In this document: in pieces, positions 51,119-64,000 of the stretch
Layout of the letters: each line of letters opens with the position of its first letter
How positions within the stretch are numbered: the first letter of the stretch is position 1
Origin: Octopus sinensis
Taxonomy: Eukaryota
Length of the DNA: 64,000 nt
Reading direction: 5' to 3'
Assembly (NCBI RefSeq): GCF_006345805.1
Contig: NC_042997.1
Span: forward strand, 4,960,001-5,024,000
Position numbers and translations under genes: made by a program
Notes under the pieces: generated by a model
Database searches by the model: none
What the model was told of the DNA's origin: nothing
The model's input: only the letters and a program-made list of their open reading frames with translations

Positions 51119-52731
51119 AGGGACCTCAGAATGTTGCCATTGGTTTCATGTGAATTATTGCACTTAGCAATATAGATGATAAACTTTTTATATGTGGAAC
51201 CAAAAATACAGTTTTGGTTCCCTTGATGATATAAAGAATCCTTGAAACTAAATTTTTCGAAGCGAAATCCCCTTCTGAGACAGATGGAGATACATTCTTT
51301 TTAAATGTTCCAGTTGATCTTACAGTATCAATTTATTTAAATTTTTGGTTCACTTAACCAACAATGGATTAGTATTTTTTTTTTAAACTTAAGATGACAC
51401 GGATTTTGCGAATTTTTATGACCTTTGCCCTCTCAGCCAAGCAAAGGTTACATCGTTTACCTCATTCAGATATGGTCCGAACTGTTCCAGGAGCAACCAT
51501 TTGATCCTGTTTAGTGTTCCGTGTTCAGTTAAATGCCGTATGTAGTTGGCTACTGCATCAATGTTCCACCCCTCTGGGGTCTTAAAATAAGATTTGTAGT
51601 TATATAGGCAAAACTACAAGTGACCCTTCTATGTTCCAACATATTTTGGTGTGTGTGTCCTTAAATAGTGAAGCAGTTGTCAACGTTTTTTAGCAGTAAC
51701 ATTTTGCATTGTCCAACTTGGTGATGAAAACAACCTAAAACGAAATTTTCCTTTCTCAACATCCAATGCTACTTGAGAAAAATCGTCCTCATCTTAGTAG
51801 GTTAAGATTTCATGCAATATCATTGGTGCGCACGATGATTTAATAGGCATAACTGAAGCCTGTCGTTCAGCTGTGGGGCAAGGGTAAAAAAGACTTTTGT
51901 GGACGCCCCTCAATTCCGCACAGAGGCAAGATACGCAGTAGGTGGTCGTTGCGACTCTGAGGCTGTGGTCTATAAGTCAGAGGTCGTGTTCGGCAGTATC
52001 AGCAATGGCAACGGTAGCGACATCAAAAGGATGAACTGCTTCGCCTACAATTTTTAGATGATCTTATCGTCTCAAGCACTTTCTATTTTCTGAGAGGGGC
52101 AGGACTAGCTCTCAACGCTAGCACTAATCTGTATTCGCTTCCCAGTTCAGCTAAGCACGTGACACCTTTGCACATTTGGTCTTAGCATATGAAGATGTAA
52201 GTAAACGTATTTCAGATTGCTGTACGACGTACAATATAAAAAAAAACATTTGGTGCCGAAATACTTCTGAAATTCAGTTTTAGTTTCTGGCAAATATTCT
52301 TATAAAATTTATAGAGTTTTTCTTTCTCCTTCTAATCCCTTATATTGGAAAATCATCACTCAAAACTTACTTCAGCACTTCAACGTATTAATTTCATCTC
52401 ATATATTTTAATTACCAAAGCATTTATGATTATTCTATAGTATTTCTGTATGAAATCAGTGATATTTCTGTATAGCACGTTTCCTTCACGTTTCTCGCAA
52501 TTAATTCTCCCCCACCAATATTATTTTTTGTATGTTCCAGAATTTCTTGGATTCGTTCTCTCATTAGAATTTCTTACAATGTAGGTATATATGTATTTGA
52601 ATGTCTTTATAATAATAGGCAACACATTCAGCTTGGCGAGAGACGGTTGCATAATAATAATATAAAATGTGCCAGATGTGTTATAAAACATTGTTTGGCA
52701 TGAAACTATTAGTAGGCATGTAAAAACATGT

Positions 52732-52777
<46 letters not shown>

Positions 52778-53199
52778 CGTTTATCAGTATCGAACTATGT
52801 ATCCATCGGCGCTATATTATATATGTGGCATATCTGTGGGAGAGACAAAGAGATTAAGAAGTATTTTTAGTGCATAATGTTCATCGAAACAGATCGTTAA
52901 TAATTTTAAATTGCTAAGCTTCATTGAGCTAAGTAAGTTTAATTAACGCATAAATCCATTCCGTGTATTGTAAAACCAAAATTCTACTAACATTCGCTAT
53001 ACATTGAAAATCTGAAAACTTTTACATCAATTATTCATATGGTTTGTTTATACTTTAGCGTATTTTTGAGATAGAAAAGATGGTTTTCATCTGTTATGGC
53101 ATTAAGTATCTAAATTCAATCGTATGATTTTATATTGTTTGATTTCTATTAGTGTGAGTAATGTAATTAGTGATATGATTCTCTCTCTCTTTCTCCCTC

Positions 53200-53235
<36 letters not shown>

Positions 53236-53907
53236 TCACTGAAAATTTATACAATTTCTTGTATATGATATTATTTGAAGTAAATTCTTTGTTCGGATTT
53301 AAATTTAACAATACACAACATCGCAAATATGCTGATTTATATATGACTCCTTTTATTCGTTTCGTGAGGAATTTTCATGCTACTTAACATTTAAACGTTA
53401 TACATTTGCCAAATGAAATTTAATATCGCTATCCTATCTAAAACAAAGAAATCCACACCTGCGATCAAAACGTATGAGCGTGTATTGAGAAAATTCATTC
53501 ATTACATATATTCCATTTTACCATTCTTACAATTAAACGTGATTCTCTCGTCGAAATGTATAGTTAACATAACGAAATTTAAACGGTATAGCATTACTAT
53601 TAACAAAGTTGGAAGTGATGTAACACGCAACTTTGATTTACACTTTGGAGAAAACCATGTTAAAAGAAATAAACATTTAAATGTAGTGTGTCTGCATTGT
53701 GCTCTTCGCAAAGATATTGCATTTCCAGCTGCTTAACTTCGCGTCGGTGCATCCCATTTTGTTTCCATATAAATTATGCACTGAAGCAAATATTTATTCG
53801 TCAAAACTTAGTCTATTCAAACATGTACCAGAATGTCACATTTCTGGTAAATGTTTGATTCTGTCTCGGAAATATCAGTCTACGTTTAATTTTGATCTCA
53901 ACAAAAT

Positions 53908-55137
53908 TACAGGGTGTTTCATAAAATTAGATATTTTTTCGCCATCTAATAACTTTACCTGTTACGGTTCAACACACTTCAAATTTTAACAGCATGGTCA
54001 ATATCTTATGTTTAATATTCTTTTACTTGTTTCAGTCATGTGACTGTGGCCATGCCGGAGCACCGCCTTTAGTCGATCAAATCGACCCCAGGACTTATTC
54101 TTCGTAAGCCTAGTACTTATTTTATCAGTCTCTTTTTGCCGAACCGCTAAGCTACGGGGACGTAAACACACCAGCATCGGTTGTCAAGCGATGTTGGGGG
54201 GGACAAACACAGACAAAAACGCACATACACACACACATATATATACGACGAGCTTCTTTCAGTTTCCGTCTACCAAATCCATTCACAAGGCTTTGGTCGG
54301 CCCGAGGCTATAGTAGAAGACACTTACCCAAGGTGCCACGCAGTGGGACTGAACCCTGAACCATGTAGTTGGTAAGCAAGCTACTTACCACTCAGCCTTG
54401 TTTATATTTTCACGTATAGAAATGGCATTCACTGAAACAGAAAAGGCGTTTTGTGTGTTGGTGTATCCTAGAACACAGTCGAACAAGATTGTGCAGCGTG
54501 CATTTGTGAGAGAATTTTCTAAAAGGTCACCAACAGAGATGCAGATTTGGACATGGCACAAAAAATTCAAAGAGGAAGAAAGTCTGTGCAGGGCAAAAGG
54601 ATCTGGATTACCACTAACATCGGAAGAGACGGCCGCGCAAGTTCACCAAAAACACTTGCATAGCCCCAAAAAGGATGGGAAGAACAAGTCTGGAAACCCA
54701 GATTCCAACAACGACAGTTTGGCAAATGAAACCTTCCAAACTGCAGCTCTATCAGGCCACAACGGAAGACGACAAGCAAAAGCGCAAACATGGGGTAATG
54801 TGAAGGTCCTCGTTTATGCCCCCCCTCTCTTTCTGCAAACCTAGAGGAACTCGAGCAAAGAAACACTACCGCACTGGAGACTGTTAGCCAAGACATGCTG
54901 CAGCGTGTTTGGGAGGAACTGGACTACGGACATGTGACGTGTTTCAGGAGGTGCGCATATTGAACTTTTGTGAAGTCATTCATGGAATCGACCTATCTTG
55001 AATTTTTCATTCAAATTTGGAGTAATAAATCTTCTGTTGTGCAACATTAAGCCTGTTTAGTTTCATTTGATTTAACTGTGTAGTTTCTGAGATATTTACA
55101 TCGCAATTGATATCAAATTCTTTGAAAAACGCCTATA
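53908..55137 (+). mobile_element. Internally deleted Tc1/mariner-superfamily element with DUF4817-like HTH
   Basis: TA|CAGGGTGTTTCATAAAATTAGATAT left end and a degenerate inverted right end (ATATCAAATTCTTTGAAAAACGCCTA|TA). ORF 54398-54844 EKAFCVLVYPRTQSNKIVQRAF..WHKKFKEEESLC..KGSG. C-terminal VKVLVYAPP..NLEEL..DMLQRVWEELDY. DDE core missing. Confidence 0.82.
54020..54397 (-). mobile_element. SINE family 1 copy nested in the transposon
   Basis: GGCTGAGTGG A box, GGTTCAGTCCC B box, GGCACCTTGGGTAAG. TSD-like TGTTTAATATT (54009-19) / TGTTTATATT (54399-408). Confidence 0.9.
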
Positions 55138-55800
55138 TAATATTTGGATTAAAATAAATACCAATAAGTAAGTGGATTTTGTTATGTAGAGATATTTTAG
55201 AAAGTAGATGCGAAGGAGGAAGTGAAGTAGTAGATAGGGTTATATATGATCAAAAGAGAAGCTTATAATTTCAGTAAACTTTATCGAATCATGTATCTCA
55301 GGATTAATTTCGTTAAATATGATGCAATCAAGTCGACAACTCGCGATTTCTAAAATTTGTCAAGAGTTCATTCTAACTGTTTTGAAATATGTGACACAAC
55401 AGCAAATATGTAGTAAAAAGAATATATGATAATATACAAGGTATCATGTGGGTCAACACTTGATTTGAAACATTCATCGGAGAAAGATTTGGAAAATAGG
55501 TCAAATATGAATAATCATAAGGAGTTTATATAGCGAAAAGAAACATCATTGTTTAACCACCACACCACACAGTTTCTCAATCGATAGACTCGGTTAATGT
55601 AATTGAATAACATGCATAAATATATACATTATAAGGATCAACGACTTCTTATTCATTCAGATTCTATATGAGTGGACGAATATCGACACAACCATAAGTC
55701 AATGTAACATCCAATATCATGCAAAATTCATGGATATATCTGCTCCACGTTATATTAGATTTCTACGTAAATTCTTGAACATATATTGGTGTAGATTCGC

Positions 55801-55836
<36 letters not shown>

Positions 55837-56211
55837 TCATGTGTGTGTGCATATATGTGTATATATATGTTAGAAGTATTGGGGGTGATGTACAGATTTA
55901 ATACATAAGAAAGAAAAAAGGTGTTGAGAATGCAGATGGTTGTAAAAGTATATATTTTTACAACTATCCAGCATTTCCAGCATTCTGAACACTTTTTTCT
56001 TTCATATATATATATATATATATATCCATATACGTATATATGTGTCTATGTGTGTATGTATGTATATATAGCATGAAGATGGAGGATAACATACTTTAAT
56101 GCTAAATCAGACCATTTAAATCACCACACATCAACTTAAAGTTGTTGAGTTTATTTTCATATACTATTTAAGATCGTCATACATTGTCATTATATTGATA
56201 AATACTTTCAC

Positions 56212-56229
56212 CAGCAGCCTCAGCAGTAG

Positions 56230-56318
<89 letters not shown>

Positions 56319-56320
56319 AT
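56212..56320. repeat. (GCA)n(GTA)n compound trinucleotide repeat
   Basis: Directly visible. Confidence 0.95.
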
Positions 56321-56874
56321 AAGATGCCAAACTGGTAAGATTGTTAGCGTGTCAGACAAAATCTTAAGTGGCATTGTTATGGCTTTATACTTTCCGAGTT
56401 CAAAACACGTAGATATCAACTTTGTGCTTCTTCCAGAGTCGACAATGAAAAGTGAAATCAAGTATTGTTGTCGATGTAGTCAACTATACCTTTTCCTTAA
56501 TAATGGCTTGCCCTGTGCCAACATTTAAAACCATTATTGTTCGAAGTATTCCATTATTATTGTGTTAGGTACAATAATAACACAACAGGATAATGCTGTT
56601 AGTAGGAGAGGTTAAAAAGGTAAAGGAAGTGGGAAAAATATTGTTACTGGATAAATTAAGAGATGGTAAAAAAGGATAAATTTGGTGTACCTCAGGCAAT
56701 ATAGTTATATATAGTCAGTCAACAGTGTAACGTTGGTGTACCTCAAGCAATATGATCATTATTATCATTTTTCGTACGTTACAAACCAAAGTCCAAACTA
56801 TATTTCACACACTATTTAAAATCTTCTCCAGGGGTTTCATAGTTAATCTGATAAGATAAGTAAGTATGTATATC

Positions 56875-56928
<54 letters not shown>

Positions 56929-57994
56929 CACGAAAACATAAACACAAAACCAAGGATAATATATATACATACATACATACATATATAGTGCAAATGCAAG
57001 AGACTAAAACACAAATTCTAGACCTCATTAAATAATATTAATGTAATCTCCAAGCTTTCACAATACCGTGTTGAATGCTATATAATATTTGTGGCTGTAA
57101 TGAAAGCGGAAATCTATATACATCCCAAAATTATACACAAAAGAATAATATTGATATTACTACGGTTTTTTAAGATCACCTACGTAGTATCACACTAATA
57201 TCAATATTTGACAGCATATCTTAGTACTGGACGGAAAAGCATATTTTATACTATATAGTTCAAACTACGAAATTCCAGCAAGTGTAATCGCTCTACACAG
57301 GTCGTGCCAAAATGCATAGTTAAAAGAAAATTTGAAAGAAATTTACTAAGAAAAGAAAAAGCTCGAGACAACTGATCAAGAAACAATTGAGATACACTGA
57401 GACAAATATCATCAGAGGAAAGCATAAGAAAATATATATTAGTTAAAAGTAATGATCAAAGATGGAAATAAAGATTAAACAGTCATGAGAAATAAGAAAT
57501 AATCCGATGCAAAAAGAGAGAAATCATGAAAAGTAGATAATAAATTAATAATATATAGAAACAAAAAAAAATATAAATGACACAATAAGTTAGAAATATA
57601 AAAATTATAAAAACTAAAATATAAAATGAAAAATTTCAGTAGAAAGTAGATGCATAGTAATAAAAAAATGAAGGTACGAAAAGAGAAATAGTTATAAAAG
57701 CAATAGCAATGCCATACAGATATGTGTTGATCAAGGAATATTAAACCAATGTTCTTATAGCCAGACAGAGTGCCGCAGGTTAAATCTGTTAATAAAATAT
57801 AAACAATACAAAGAAAAATGTGCAAAAGTAAAGATGTAGATCTCTGCTGGATATATGAGTTATATGAGTTCACATGTGCATTACTCATAGACATACATAC
57901 ATATACATATATATGTGTGTTTGTGTGTGTGAGTGTGTGTGTATATACACTCATATATATACATATGTATGTGAGTATGTGTGTATGTATATAT

Positions 57995-58026
<32 letters not shown>

Positions 58027-58740
58027 CGCACATACACACATACATGCAAACACACACACATATTAATCATCACATATACACGTAAGCATGCATACAATAT
58101 TATAGACACAGAAACAAACCATCCGTACACCATCATAAATCTACACTTTACATAGTACACATTTAGATGCACAAACATATACATGCAATCATACATACAG
58201 AAAAAGAATGTGTGTGCCTGCTTTATTTTATTTTTACATATCCCAACTCATACATCAATTTGGATACATAAACAGAATGGAGTGTAAATATTTTCCCAAG
58301 AACATTCCAAATCTGTACATGTGTGTATATGAGTGTATACGTATGTCTGCCTATACACATGTGTGACGATTTTGTCTGTATGTCCTCGTGTATGTATGTG
58401 TTTGTGCTCCTGTGTATGTGCGTTTTTTGGCGTGTGTGCGTAAAATAATTTAATTATTTACAAAATATTTAATATGCATGACGTAAAAAAGAAATTACCA
58501 ATTTCATGTGCGCAGTATTCCAGGCAAGCATTTAGTCTCTGATTCATCTTCCCGATGTTTTGTTAGCAACGTCTTCAGTGAATGCTATTAACAGTTTTAT
58601 AAATTTTAAAATGTGTTACATAAGCGGCACTATAAAGATATGGACATTTCTGGCAAATCACTTAAGTACTCAAATATAAATCCGCGTAAATTGGTTGTCC
58701 ACATCAAGCTTTTGTCCATTCTAAGCACATATATTTTGTA

Positions 58741-58988
58741 TTAGCAGCATAGCCCGGAAAATGTGTTGCATATGATAAGCTTAGATTCTTGACCGCATGT
58801 CGAATTTATCAATTCTTTTCAGAAATGGGGGGAATTTTTCAAAATTTCCGCTGCGTTAGTTTTGAATGATGACATTGGGCTATGTGTGTCTCAAGTTTCA
58901 TCAGAATCGGTTGAAAGCCGTGGTCAGGGTTAGGGTACAACCTGACAGACACACAGACAGACAAACTGCCTTTTATATATAGAGAGAT
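58741..58988 (-). mobile_element. Non-autonomous Helitron remnant
   Basis: Minus strand TCTCTATATATAAAAGGCAGTTTGTCTGTCTGTG start, ACCGATTCTGATGAAACTT motif, and end CCGGGCTATGCTGCTAATA, similar to CCGGGCGATACTGCTAGTA of the 20 kb copies. Confidence 0.65.
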
Positions 58989-61779
58989 AAAGTTCAGTTC
59001 CACAAAGCGATAAATTTCAAAACGTAATGTTTGAAATGTTACTGCACTTTATATCATACGGCATTTGTTCTCACATAGTATATAGTGGATCGTCTAATGT
59101 ATTTCTTACATTATCTTAGTAACCAAACCAAAAACAATTCCCTGCACGTCTACAATATTTGATCAGATGCTCAAAACTATATTATAAAATTATGACATAT
59201 TTCAACATTTCATTATTTTGATTACTTCCAATAATTTTATCACGTTGTTGGTGTTGCAATAAATATTCACTTCAAAACCTCACCATAAACGGGTAGTAAA
59301 TATGTTATATATCATTATTCATAATAATACTATGTAATGCAATTTATTATGTACAAGTATGCATGGTTGCTACCGAGCATTGTAAGCTCAAAATATGCAA
59401 ATATAAATACATAATGCAACAAATGGCAAACAAAGATTTTAATACCTCAATATGAAATTACAATGCTAGTGCCGCAAATATCGAAAAAAGAATCTAATTG
59501 GCTCTGGTATATTCCATTCTTCATTGCAACGAGACAATCAGTAACCGATGAGAAGGCCTCTTTTCCTTTATGTCATTCAGTCTCCTAGGATGAGTGCCTA
59601 ACCTCATGGCTATACATCACTCGGATTATCGATTTTCTGATTTGGATACGTTTATTTATTATTTGTTTATTTATTTATTTTTTTGTACTTGAAAATCATT
59701 GGAGAAAGTTTTCCAAATCGTTAGAACGAGACAGATAAAGAAATCAATCATTTGGCCGAAGCAGTAATTAATCACATTTCAAGGAAAATACCATTTCAAT
59801 ATTCTCTTTGCTTGGTTACAATGGAGACATTAATAAATTAGCCAATATATCATAATTGGCAAATACTAGCAACATCGTGTCTAGCATGACAGCAAAGTTG
59901 GTGACAAGAGCGTTGGCGTCTCACATTTACGTTTTGGAAACCATTATTGTAAAACAGAGCGACGGAAATCGACAATGTCGGCAATTATAGAATTATAATT
60001 ACATCTGTGGTATAGTGAGAAAAGTGTAAAATTATGCAATTCTAATAATAACAACATCGATAGCATATAATATTTTCACAATATGGATGCATGAATATCA
60101 TCTAAATCGTATTGTTCTAAATGCAAGAAGCTTAAATTTGCAAAGAATAACTGTTGTAACTTGGAACATGGTTCCACATACGATAGCAGAAAAAATGCAT
60201 TTTCGTTAAGTTTAATATATAATAATATATAATAAAATAAATATTTTCAGAACCTATACTGCAAAGTCAATTGGAAACTAGAAGAAAGCCTTCCACCCGA
60301 GACAGTACATTCTACGAATTATAGGTCAGCATCAGCTTTAAGATAATTACAACTGCCTTTAACTTCTCCAGTTCCCCTTTAACGCTTGGTAAATAAAGCA
60401 AAACTATAAATACTAAATTGCTTTTAGACATAACAATATAACATAGTATACTTCCCAAAATTTAGAGATATAATAAAGCATGCCTTTATAACGATGTATC
60501 TATCTATGTAGCAAAATAGCTTTTAACACCTAGCTTAGCTGATATAAGATTAGAATCAAGCACTTCTCCAAACTTATCTTACTTTGCTAAATGCAGACCA
60601 ATAACTTATTTAACGTAAACTGTTATGCACCATGGTTGAGAAAATGAAATACATTCAAGTCTGGAGTATCTTCGATCAGAGGTGCAATTAGAACTAAGTG
60701 ACCTATCAACGATAACCAATACTCCGTCTTAAGTATTCGTTGTAACTACACTTATAATAGATTAATATACTAGATGGTAGAAAATGAAAATCTGCTTTTT
60801 CATTACAACTGTTTTATATTGATCGGAATTACATAAAGCATTATATATTCTGTTTTGAAGTTATTCAGTAGGAGCTTATATACATTATCAGTGCGTCAGT
60901 GGATAATGTTGAGTATCTGTATTTGAGAGAGATGCCTAGATTGTCAGAACCTTTCCTGTGCGCTGACATTCTCTTGATAGTTTCTATTGTGAGGTTGCAT
61001 TCGTCACCAACAACTTCAATAATTTAAGCAACCCCCATTTCTAATAACCGAAGAGACATTTAATTATTTGAAATCTAGTGATGTTTATGATTGTGAGTAA
61101 ATCCATAACATATGAAATAATAATCCTACTAACCCAAATACAATTACTTTTCTAACATATATATGTATTTGAAAATTAAGCAGTGTTCTTCTTTACTTTA
61201 TCGATTAAAATTTTCTTTTATATTTCCTTGATAGTATGTCATACTTACTTTTGGATTAATGGTGTTCATAAATCGATTAATATTGCACGAACTCGTTGTC
61301 AGTATCGAAGTGATATAAACAATACTGGTGGTTTGTCGCAAAGCCTGGTGGTAATATTGCTAGAATTCATAACAGTCTAAAGAATATTTTCCAAAATATT
61401 TCTCGATACATATTTCCAATAGAGCCCTAACTTTAAATTATATACTAAATACATGTGTCGATTATATGTTTTCATCTTGCTATCTTTCATAGTTAATCTT
61501 ACTTTCAATTGAAATTTTTGTAGCAAGTTAAAGTCACTCAATGTTTATCCAACGTTGTTTCATGTACTGGGATATGTGTTGCACTCACTTCTACTTTAAA
61601 CACATAGTCAACAGACAAGAAATACAATAGTAGCATCTACCATGAACTAGCATTCGTCATGGTGTAAGAAATACTCCTGATAACGTTGAAATATGTATAT
61701 TACATTTTTTGTTAGTTTAGTGTACTTTCTGAGACAGCTAAATTTACTGCTTCATTTTAACCACACGATTTTTTGAGAT

Positions 61780-63105
61780 GCCCAAACCATAGTCAGAGCC
61801 ACCTAGGCTAAGTACGGCTAAGTCAACCTCACCTCTGCCTTCTTCTTGTTATACCCGTCCCATTATTAATGAAGTGGCAATATGTTTTTGAAACTTCCAC
61901 CTCATACACGTGCGTGCATACTTCACACCATAACTATTGATTTCGCACAACTTAGTAACATTTGTATCAAATACTGAAACAGCTCTACAAACAGACGCTC
62001 GTACACCATCACAGTCAGAGAAACACAAACACACGGCATAAAGGTACCCCTGCCCCATGCACACTGGAATATTTCTCTCAAACGAAACTCATTCACCAAT
62101 GTACACACACTAATACACTAACATTTACACGGACACTCGCACCAACGCAGCTTTGTATGTCCACTCATCCTATGTGTCAACCATACAAGTTGCAGTGAAG
62201 CAATCACAGCTAAATCATAAACACAGAGAAACTTGCACAATACATAACGGAATACATTTTCTCTACGGTCATACACAAGCACACAGGTAAACATGTGTTG
62301 CTTCTTTTAGTTTTCGTATTTTCCAGTTGTGTTCCCTGTCTATTATTTTAGCTTCATCCCACAGGGGGAGGTGGTCTACATTAATCCATGCCTGATCAGC
62401 CATACCCGATTTATCAATATATCCTCGTGTCACAGCTTCGTGATGTTCGTCTACTTTATTTTGAGGGGGCAGCATGTTTTGCTTTTGTATTACCTACAAC
62501 AGCTGGATAGGCGGCAGTACACGCAGCTTTTGGTTATATTCTCTTCTATTGGTGGTTTTACCCGAAGGAGGTATTTACGAAATCTTGTATTACTCTTGAA
62601 TACTGCGCTGATGTCATATGGGTAGATATCTTTTGTATCTTTTCGGAGAGGCCTTTCACATATGGTAGACAGACAGTAGACAGTTTATCTTCTCTTTTCT
62701 TCATAATTTGAGTGAATAGTATAAATTGGGGGTAGTTGTTGCTTAACAGACCATTATTGAGCTTGATCATTTCCTCGTAGTGTGTATCACGATCGCTTAC
62801 TTATATTCTTTGCACGATGTTTTAGGCACTGAGCAATCCCTCTCCTTACACTGTGTGGATGATGTGAATTGAATTTAAGGTATCGTCCAGTGATGGTCGG
62901 CTTGCGGTATACGGATATCCTGAATCCATACTTGGTGCGTGTTATTAATGCGTCAAGGAATGCCAGACGATTGCCTTTTTCCGTTTCCGTTGTGAACTGT
63001 ATGGATGGCTTTATTGAGTTCACATGATCTAACAACACTTGGGCATCTTCCCTGGGTGGTCAGAGTATAAGGGTGTCATCAACATATCGTAGCAACAGAG
63101 TCAAT
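61780..63105 (-). mobile_element. Penelope-like element D (RT C-terminus + decayed GIY-YIG + 3' region)
   Basis: LLRYVDDTL (63075-63086), LLDHVNSIKPSIQFTTETEKGNRLAFLD..SVYRKPTITGRYLKFNSHHP, LPYVKGLSEKI, WDEAKIIDREHNWKIRKLKEA. Confidence 0.92.
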
Positions 63106-64000
63106 TTAATACCGGGACATAATATTTAAATGGAGTTAACTATTAGCTCTATTGAAATAAGATACACTGGATTCTATTTTGAGCTTACGCTTCTTCTCTC
63201 GATAACACGCACAGACGCATACATACCCACACACACTGATACGCGTACACACACACGTACACACACACGCACGTACACACACATACGTATCCACACACGT
63301 ACACAGACATATATTTAAAAGATCACATCCATTTCTCCTTATGTATTTTATTAAGGCGGTAACCTTTTTGTGTAGGTGCTCAATATAAAATGAAGTTTCC
63401 TTGTCAAACCAAGATGTATTTATGTCAAAGTATATGAGGAAGAAGATAATAGTGATAGAATTTTATTGATAGCGGTGATCATAAGTAATATGCGATTACA
63501 GTGTTCATAGGTAATATTGATTTCTTGATATAGCACCAGACGACATAAATGAGTATACTTGGTACAGTTGACTGGTTTTGATGTTAGCTGATATTCGCAA
63601 AATGGACAACGATGCAATTTAAGCATGCAGCTTTTGAAAGCGTAGTTAATTAATTCAATGCATTTCGTGTGACACTATAACAATTCTGAGTTGCAAGCGA
63701 CATATTGTCTTGTTTGAGATGAATTTGATACGTTTACTATTGAATACATTATTCAAGAAATGAATTAGTGAATTTAGGTTTGAAATTATGTTGATAAGAT
63801 ACTGTTAATGTACACGGTAGTGGTAATAAAGATAATATCGTCGGAAATGGGAAGGGTAATAATGTTTGAAGGAACATTTTTGTTTAGAATTATGACGACG
63901 TTGTTAGAAAGGCTGGTACTTGTATCCATAATATAAATCTATGTAGGGATGTATTGAGATGGTTCTGAGCGTAATGCAAAAGTGGTATTTTGTTAACTAA

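Noticed and set aside
51400-52200. Moderately GC-rich non-repetitive-looking segment, possible exon or TE UTR
   Set aside because: No ORF, protein motif, terminal repeat or convincing splice pair was identified, so it is left unassigned.
58924-58936. GGGTTAGGG telomere-like motif
   Set aside because: A single unit inside a Helitron remnant, not an array.
63420-63626. Minus-strand HRCPFCEYQ resembling a C2H2 zinc finger start
   Set aside because: The downstream H-x3-5-H spacing is absent, there is no linker or second finger, and no splice context is evident.

Overview
Very AT-rich, microsatellite-saturated, transposon-dense eukaryotic DNA, most likely intronic or intergenic. The SINE families and repeat landscape look like an octopus/coleoid genome; this is inference from recalled repeat families, not a database result. 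No host protein-coding exon, rRNA, tRNA or CRISPR array could be supported, and nearly all listed ORFs are microsatellite or repeat artefacts. Recognisable content: four Penelope-like (PLE) coding remnants (GIY-YIG and/or RT), a largely complete but decayed R4/Dong RLE-LINE plus a second 3' fragment, a CR1/L2-type RT remnant, an RTE-like remnant, an L1/Tx1-like ORF1 apparently lacking ORF2, three Tc1/mariner derivatives, three non-autonomous Helitrons, and three tRNA-derived SINE families. The main pattern is a set of type-I hammerhead ribozyme (HHR) motifs, several with fully canonical cores. Many sit in outward-facing inverted-repeat (foldback) elements that form a size series from about 1.8 kb with a GIY-YIG ORF down to a 145-bp perfect hairpin. 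Also notable are a 442-bp x2.15 tandem whose hairpin loop is inverted between copies, and a mariner made of two 5' ends.
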